From Minisyncoccota bacterium (GTDB taxonomy: Bacteria > Patescibacteriota > Minisyncoccia > Phycocordibacterales > CAIZLB01), in assembly GCA_021734945.1 (NCBI GenBank), contig JAIPIA010000001.1, positions 180,415 to 244,414 on the forward strand: a stretch of DNA of 64,000 nt. Direction: 5' to 3'. The notes under the pieces were generated by a model that worked only from the letters and a program-made list of their open reading frames with translations, made no database searches and was not told the DNA's origin. The translations under genes were made by a program, and so were the position numbers. Of this stretch, positions 58,299-64,000 are shown piece after piece; position 1 is the stretch's first letter, and each line of letters begins with the position of its first letter.

Positions 58299-59189
58299 TT
58301 ACTTCTTCACACTTTTCTTTTTTACTGAATCACTCGCAGTACCTTCCTTACTAGTCTTTCCTGGAACCCCAAACTCTGTCACATGCTTTTTAAATGCCAT
58401 ACCAGCTTGTTCACGGTACTTACAATATTCACAATTACCTCCAGCTTCTGGAATTGCGTCATTATCCAAACATTTTTTTGCACCAACGAGCACTTCATCA
58501 ATCCAATCATCCTTACCTTTGTATGGAATAAGATTAATTTCAAACTCAAGCTTTCCATCAAATCCATCCAAATCTTTTCGTCCATTTACATATACAAAAT
58601 ATCCAGTGTCAGAAATATCTACATCGTTGTGACGAAGTAACCATTGGTAAATTTCCATCTGACGCCGATACTGATCATGCCACCGAGTATCCTCGAGTTC
58701 TTTTACAGCATCATCTTTACTTGTGGCTTTGTAATCAACAACGTGAACCTTACCAAGCTCAGCACCTTTTCCAGACTTTGCTCCGTTCTCGCCAGTTAGA
58801 CCACCTTTAACTTCAACCCAAAGGTCGTCCACAGCTCCAAACACGAGAAAATTAGACTTTTCATGCAAGTACTGCACTCCTACGAAGTTCTCTCGCCATT
58901 CGTCAATTTTGGGATGATTAAAGGGTATTAGATCAAGTCCATTATCACTAATAATAGGATGTGGAGTAGCTTCTTTTCTGTGCACATCAAACTCCTTCTT
59001 GAGCAAATGATCTACAGCTGTGTTAAGTAAAAATGGAGCCATGCTCGGTCGAGCTACTTCGAGTCGTCGATCAAGATAAAAACATCGTGGGCACTCGATG
59101 AACATATCAATCTTTGAACGACTAAGTTTAAAAGGCTCTTTTTGTCCCGGTATATAATATTTCTTTTTCCAAGTTGAGGTCCATGCCAT
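58299..59189 (-). CDS. Cas4/RecB-like PD-(D/E)xK nuclease with 4-Cys Fe-S cluster
   Basis: N-terminal 'SRSKIDMFIECPRCFYL'. Motif II 'FGAVDDLWV', motif III 'VVDYKATSK', 'QMEIYQW' (QxxxY), and C-terminal Cys triad 'KKCLDND...GNCEYCKY'. Confidence 0.6.
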   Translation of the reverse strand: MAWTSTWKKKYYIPGQKEPFKLSRSKIDMFIECPRCFYLDRRLEVARPSMAPFLLNTAVDHLLKKEFDVHRKEATPHPIISDNGLDLIPFNHPKIDEWRENFVGVQYLHEKSNFLVFGAVDDLWVEVKGGLTGENGAKSGKGAELGKVHVVDYKATSKDDAVKELEDTRWHDQYRRQMEIYQWLLRHNDVDISDTGYFVYVNGRKDLDGFDGKLEFEINLIPYKGKDDWIDEVLVGAKKCLDNDAIPEAGGNCEYCKYREQAGMAFKKHVTEFGVPGKTSKEGTASDSVKKKSVKK

Positions 59190-59310
59190 GCAAGGATAAT
59201 ATCACGATTCTACTTTTGAATAAAACTTCAAAGAGAACACTAAAAATGCAGAAGAAAAGCCCAGTACCGTGTGGTAGCTGGGCTTAAATAGAGCGAACCT
59301 GTATGCTTAT

Positions 59311-59676
59311 TCAGACATTAGGTTCTTCTACAAGGGACCACTGGTAAATGTTGCACTTCCATTTTTTAGACTCAGTCGTGTAAAATGCTTTACATTTTTT
59401 CTCAAGAAGTCTTTGCAACGCCTTTCTGAAGCTATCCCCGAAAGTGCCACTAAAGTCTTTTCTGGTCTCAGTGCTATAGGTTGATAACACTTTGATCAGG
59501 TTATTTTTTTTACGGGTGCGTTGAATGATTTTACCAACGACATTAACTTCTTTATCTCCGTAGATAAAGCTTATCTTGAGAGTGGGAGCTTCAGCGAGGT
59601 GACCAGTCATCACACTAGCTGCTCCGACTGTAATTTTTTGCTTGGTTTTCTTAACTGTCTTTTTTGCTATTTCCAT
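59311..59676 (-). CDS. Hypothetical basic protein
   Basis: 121 aa and Lys-rich. No motif. Confidence 0.3.
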   Translation of the reverse strand: MEIAKKTVKKTKQKITVGAASVMTGHLAEAPTLKISFIYGDKEVNVVGKIIQRTRKKNNLIKVLSTYSTETRKDFSGTFGDSFRKALQRLLEKKCKAFYTTESKKWKCNIYQWSLVEEPNV

Positions 59677-59925
59677 CTGGTTTCAGTTTTTGGTTTCTTT
59701 TCTGTTTTCAAGTTTCAAATTGTGGATTCAGAGAGTACTACAAAATTTGCATTTTGTGAAGACCTTATTGTTTAATGTCTAAATACACGTTTTCGTTTAA
59801 ATTGACATTAATTGACAATGTTACCGATTTTACGTAGCATTTCTTGGAATTTAGTAATGAGTCCCTAATTTCACGAATTTGCGGACTAATTTGAAAAAAC
59901 AAACCGGAGACATACAACAAGAAAC

Positions 59926-60543
59926 ATGAAAACGATATGGAGTGAATTTCCAGGTGTTCTAATGATTGGTCATATTCGCAATGGCGAACAGTCTGAAGAA
60001 ATCGATAATGAAACGCATGGTCAGAGGGAAGGTACAAGTCCGCTAGGAAAAGCTCAGAACCGTCAAATGTTTGATGAGTTTATCGACTTCCTTGGGACGT
60101 TCAATAGAGGAGGTCGTCTAGTCCATGTTCATTCTCTTTATTCACCAGTGGAACGCTGTGTGGAGAGTATGGAATTATGGGATACCTTTTTCAAAGCCTC
60201 ATTTAGTGAGTCTAAACACAAACATACCAAGAAGTCATGTGACTACTTGAGCGTTTCCCTATTTCAAGAGGTTGCAGGTGATGTTGCAAAAGAAGCCAAA
60301 TGGCTGGAGGAAGTTGCAAATAAGATTTTGTCGGAAGATATTCCTCCTGATACAAATGTGCTTTTGGTGTTTGCTCACCAGCCACACTGTGAACGAGTTC
60401 CAAGAAAGATGCTTGGAGATAATCCACCAGGTGATTTGCGACACCTTTTGCATGAGGAATATCGTTTGGAAACATCCGAAATCCTTGTACTTGGTACCCA
60501 TGATAATGATTTCATCATTTTCAAAGTTCCTAACGAGGAATAA
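59926..60543 (+). CDS. Hypothetical protein, weakly histidine-phosphatase-like
   Basis: 'VLMIGHIRNGEQ' and 'VLLVFAHQPH' loosely resemble the RHGE and xSHG motifs. GC-rich. Confidence 0.25.
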   Translation: MKTIWSEFPGVLMIGHIRNGEQSEEIDNETHGQREGTSPLGKAQNRQMFDEFIDFLGTFNRGGRLVHVHSLYSPVERCVESMELWDTFFKASFSESKHKHTKKSCDYLSVSLFQEVAGDVAKEAKWLEEVANKILSEDIPPDTNVLLVFAHQPHCERVPRKMLGDNPPGDLRHLLHEEYRLETSEILVLGTHDNDFIIFKVPNEE

Positions 60544-60705
60544 TTCTTTATCCCAAGTGGTCTACTTGTAAAATAGGACATCTCTCGAGCCACCTTCCTT
60601 CGTGTTGGTGGTTCTTGTCTTTTCTAATGTTTATTGAAAAAATAATTAGAATAATGTATTAAAATCGACAATACATTTATCGGATGATTAATAAAGTATA
60701 AAACA

Positions 60706-60760
60706 GAAAACCGCCTACCCATGCAGACGGCTGTCTGTCGCGGGTTAGGCGGTGTTTGAG
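60706..60760 (-). terminator. Long imperfect hairpin terminator after the 104-aa gene
   Basis: CCGCCTACCC...GGGTTAGGCGG stem with a nested CAGAC/GTCTG hairpin. On the minus strand it is followed by TTTTCTGTTTT. Confidence 0.45.
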
Positions 60761-60792
60761 GTTGTAGTGAGACAACCTCGGTTGGTGCGGAA

Positions 60793-61107
60793 CTATTGCG
60801 GAATTTCTTCCACTTCCCATTTGTAGGTGACCTTGTCAGGAGCTGTCGTGCAAAAAGTCCCACCCTTCAGGATGCCGATGACTTTGTCTTTGAAGTCTCG
60901 GCTAAAACTGGAACTGACAGTTCTTTTGCGTTCATCGCTACAAACAGCGAGTTTAAAGCGCAAGATCCCCGTAGTCCTTTGTCCAGTAAGTCTGTAAAAC
61001 TTTCCGTCGTGGTGAAATTCTCTCACCAGTGTTCCTCCTGTTGGAATATGCAGTTCAGCAATCACTCCAGCGTCGATTTTTCCCAACGCCACTTTCATCT
61101 GTCCCAT
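60793..61107 (-). CDS. Hypothetical small protein (GC-rich)
   Basis: 104 aa. No motif. Confidence 0.3.
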   Translation of the reverse strand: MGQMKVALGKIDAGVIAELHIPTGGTLVREFHHDGKFYRLTGQRTTGILRFKLAVCSDERKRTVSSSFSRDFKDKVIGILKGGTFCTTAPDKVTYKWEVEEIPQ

Positions 61108-61308
61108 GATATTGATCTTCTATGTTGAAGGTTGATGTACTTTGGTTTCCGGCCAGATCTACGAAGTAGACCCTTCTATTTCAAATAACTGAGTACACAT
61201 AATAACACATTTTAATATAAAAAGCAAGCCCTACGTAAGTAGACTGCCTAGCAAAGGTTGTTATATTTTTTGGCCACACACCCCCTTTTTTTTATTATTC
61301 TTTTTCCT

Positions 61309-62304
61309 CTACTCCCTCGGCTCTAGATTAATAATCAGCCCTATTTCCTCCATTATTTTAAAAATCTTTGCGTCGCTATACCCTAATTCTTTTAGAACTT
61401 GTCGCTTTTCATAAATAGTTTTGCAAAGCACAATGTCTTTGGCAAGAAGCTCTCTCTTTTCACCATCAGTCAAAGTTGTGAGACATGTCACAGGATGCAA
61501 CTTTGTTTCTTCAATCATATCGAGTAGGTTTCCATGATCAGGATAACTCCAACTTATAAGTTTAAGGCCTTTGCATCCAGCATATGTAATAGCAGTTTCT
61601 GTAAATTTAGTATTTGTGATGAGATACCACTCATCAATTTTTCGTGGAGGAAAACCACCATACTCGTAGAGGTTGTCTTTCAAATCATCGTAGCGAGCTT
61701 TTATATAAAGCGCTGTTTTCAAGTCTGATTTTCCAGCATGCTCATTATGATACTTAACTTCTGCCATTACGAGTTTTTCTTTGTTCCAAGCAACCACATC
61801 AACTTCGTGAGGTACACACCCACCAAAAACCATTTGCCCTGTTAAAGTTTCAAATCCTTTTGCTTTAAAGATTGCTGCTACATATTCTTCAAAAGGAAAA
61901 CCTGTCGGACCGAATTCCATAATTGATCTACGTAGAGAATATCGAGCAGCAGCAGCACGAGATGTCTCTTTGAGCATATCAAACGCCTTGTGATATATCT
62001 GATGAACTGTACATACGGCTCCATGTGTGGAATCAGGGTCGCATACGCCAGTTTTTAAATCATCCATTACTGTACGAACGATCTTGTCTGCAGCAGTTTG
62101 CAGTGCTCCAGAGCGAACGAGTGATTCCTCTAGCTTTCTTGGCTCAAATTGTTCTTCGTCTCCATCTTCTTTTGTGATAAAAAAATCGCCATTTGCAGCA
62201 CTTGCTATTTTTGCATTTGAAATTGGGCTTTTAACTATTTCTTCGTGACCCTCATGTTTATTGTTTTCACTATTATGTTCGTTGTGTGACTTTGGTGATG
62301 TCAT
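61309..62304 (-). CDS. ATP-cone domain fused to a Mrr-cat/restriction-endonuclease-like PD-(D/E)xK domain
   Basis: ATP-cone 'FFITKEDGDEEQFEPRKLEESLVRSGALQTAADKIVRTV'. REase core 'VDVVAWNKEKLVMAEVKYHN'. The start at 62304 gives an ATGA overlap with the mnmA stop. Confidence 0.55.
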   Translation of the reverse strand: MTSPKSHNEHNSENNKHEGHEEIVKSPISNAKIASAANGDFFITKEDGDEEQFEPRKLEESLVRSGALQTAADKIVRTVMDDLKTGVCDPDSTHGAVCTVHQIYHKAFDMLKETSRAAAARYSLRRSIMEFGPTGFPFEEYVAAIFKAKGFETLTGQMVFGGCVPHEVDVVAWNKEKLVMAEVKYHNEHAGKSDLKTALYIKARYDDLKDNLYEYGGFPPRKIDEWYLITNTKFTETAITYAGCKGLKLISWSYPDHGNLLDMIEETKLHPVTCLTTLTDGEKRELLAKDIVLCKTIYEKRQVLKELGYSDAKIFKIMEEIGLIINLEPRE

Positions 62305-63491
62305 ATAAAATTTAGTATACCACCGCCGAGGCATGTATCGCCATCATATAAAACCACAGATTGTCCTTCGGCAATACCTTTTTGAGGTGTGTCAAATGTG
62401 ACAATATACTGTCCCTTATGAGAATGTATTTCTTTTCTTTGTTCATTATTTTTACTAATGATGCAAGATTGTTTTTCTTGTCTGTAACGTATTCTGGCAC
62501 TTATTTTAGTGTTCAAATATTCATCAATATTCTGTGAACATGAGACACTTGTAACTGCTACGTTTGTGCGCGCAAGATTCGAGTCATTTTCAAAATGTGA
62601 TTTTGCAGCAACAGTAATCGTATTTTTTTCTATATCTTTTGCTGTGATGAAATGTGGTTCGTTTTCAATAGTTTTTGTATTGAATGTGAATCCATGTCTT
62701 TCACCTATTGTATATAAAATAGCTCCTTCATGCGTTCCGATTACATTTCCATCTGTGTCGAGTACATTACCGGTATGAGTTTCGATGTGTTCCTTTAGGA
62801 ATTCCTTCATATCAAGATGCCCAATAAAGCAAACACCCTGACTATCTTTTTTATCAAACACAGGTAGTCCTGCTTTTTCCGCTATTCTCCGAACCTCACT
62901 CTTTTCTAAATGACCAATTGGAAATAAGACATGTTTGAGGTCTTCTTGCGTGAGTGTCCATAGAAAATAACTTTGATCTTTGTTAGCGTCAATTCCCTCT
63001 TTCATTTCAAAAAGATTTGTTTTTTTGTTCCAAATATTCTGTGCGTAGTGACCTGTTGCTACATAATCGACACCCTCAGCAAGGGTATATTTTAAAAATG
63101 ATCCAAACTTCACATGGCGGTTACACATCACATCGGGATTTGGTGTTCTTCCTACTCGGTATTCATTAATCATGTAATCCACTACTTCTCGTTTGTATTG
63201 TTCACTGAAATCTAATGTAATAAATGGAATATCAAGGACAGCGGCAACTCGCATAGCGTCACGTCTCTCGTCTTTCCATCCACAATCTGTACTATCTGGT
63301 TGCCATACTTTTATGAATACACCTGTGACGTCGTATCCTTGTTCTTTTAGGAGATATGCTGACACTGACGAATCTACACCTCCTGACATACCTACGAAGA
63401 CTCGCTTTTTAGCATCTACAGGCGCCTGCACAGGTATTCTATCTGAGATATTTTTGCTTAAGTTTAACATGTTCATCGTGTGTTTTTGCAA
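62301..63491 (-). CDS. mnmA: tRNA-specific 2-thiouridylase MnmA
   Basis: PP-loop 'VFVGMSGGVDSSVSAYLL' plus the catalytic Cys region. Confidence 0.9.
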   Translation of the reverse strand: MQKHTMNMLNLSKNISDRIPVQAPVDAKKRVFVGMSGGVDSSVSAYLLKEQGYDVTGVFIKVWQPDSTDCGWKDERRDAMRVAAVLDIPFITLDFSEQYKREVVDYMINEYRVGRTPNPDVMCNRHVKFGSFLKYTLAEGVDYVATGHYAQNIWNKKTNLFEMKEGIDANKDQSYFLWTLTQEDLKHVLFPIGHLEKSEVRRIAEKAGLPVFDKKDSQGVCFIGHLDMKEFLKEHIETHTGNVLDTDGNVIGTHEGAILYTIGERHGFTFNTKTIENEPHFITAKDIEKNTITVAAKSHFENDSNLARTNVAVTSVSCSQNIDEYLNTKISARIRYRQEKQSCIISKNNEQRKEIHSHKGQYIVTFDTPQKGIAEGQSVVLYDGDTCLGGGILNFI

Positions 63492-64000
63492 AATGAGTTA
63501 TACCATCTTTATCAGAAAGATAGAAGAGATATTCATTAGGAGTGGGATTAAGCACAGCTTCTATGGTATCCATACCTGGATTTGATATAGGAGTAGGTGG
63601 AAGTCCCTTTCTGGTATATGTATTATAAGGACCATCTGTACGGAGGTCTTTTAAAGTTAATTCAGCAGATGTTTTTCCAATACTGTATACCAACGTTGTA
63701 TCTACTTGCAGTGGCATACCAATTTTGAGTCGTCTCTCTAGTAAATCTGCCACGTTTTTTTTATCCTCATCAGTTTGAACTTCTCCCTCAAGTATTGATG
63801 CAAGCGTTATTATCTCTTGAAGTGTTCTACCCGATTCCTCTATTTGAGTCTTGAGTGGTTGAATTTTTCTTTGGAAAATTACAGACATTTGGTCAATAAT
63901 CTCTTGTTCCGTAACTTCTGGTGAAAAGAAGTATGTCTCTGGAAATAAATACCCTTCATTTTCTCTAGCTAAGGTCTCAAACGTTGATGTGGCAATATAG
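63439..64000 (-). CDS. mltG: Endolytic murein transglycosylase MltG/YceG (C-terminal part; the N-terminus lies beyond the window end)
   Basis: '[10 protein letters not shown]...[21 protein letters not shown]...[10 protein letters not shown]' is the YceG catalytic domain. The frame is open to base 64000. Confidence 0.7.
   Translation of the reverse strand, partial: [186 protein letters not shown]

Noticed and set aside
1-64000. CRISPR array or other tandem repeat array
   Set aside because: No regularly spaced direct repeats were seen. The only exact repeat noted above chance expectation is the 16-mer LexA box (2 copies).

Overview
This is an AT-rich, gene-dense bacterial chromosomal segment, mostly coding on the minus strand, with no rRNA, tRNA or CRISPR array that I can see. 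The backbone is housekeeping and typical of a small-genome, Gram-positive-type bacterium, possibly CPR/Patescibacteria-like (short AlaRS, short AspRS, AsnB, Cheo-type LexA box).

Backbone features:
- Ribosomal protein genes L21, L9, L27 and an S13-S11-S4-RpoA-L17 / L13-S9 block. IF-1 lies beside this block, and an L36 gene that the ORF track missed sits at 50557..50673.
- RecR and DnaB.
- Six aaRS genes: Cys, Glu, Asp, Trp, Ala and AsnB-linked Asp/Asn.
- A cell-wall block: MurG, FtsW, MraY, DacA-like, ScpAB, MltG, M23 and CtpA.
- A grpE-(hyp)-dnaK-dnaJ chaperone operon.
- A heterodimeric ABC exporter, PlsC-type acyltransferases, NUDIX hydrolases, PepF and MnmA.

Observations beyond the backbone:
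1. A LexA-like repressor gene overlaps a Y-family DNA polymerase gene as an SOS mutagenesis cassette. A perfect Cheo-type LexA box (AGAACGAACGTTCT) sits in the -35/-10 spacer of an apparently leaderless promoter. An identical 16-mer copy lies inside the polymerase ORF.
2. A 4.5-kb island between pepF and mnmA holds a Cas4-like Fe-S PD-(D/E)xK nuclease, an ATP-cone/Mrr-type endonuclease-like gene, and several GC-rich ORFs of unknown function.
3. A roughly 210-bp GC-rich, hairpin-rich element lies upstream of grpE. No hrcA/CIRCE is present, and a start-codon-adjacent hairpin sits at dnaK.
4. A 450-bp ORF-free convergent intergenic region carries an 11-bp perfect hairpin.
5. A divergent actin-fold ATPase is translationally coupled to a large bitopic membrane protein.
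6. There is a mazEF pair, a GNAT pseudogene remnant between convergent NUDIX genes, and several discrete GC-rich islands suggesting foreign DNA.

All calls come from reading the translations and the DNA. No database search was run.
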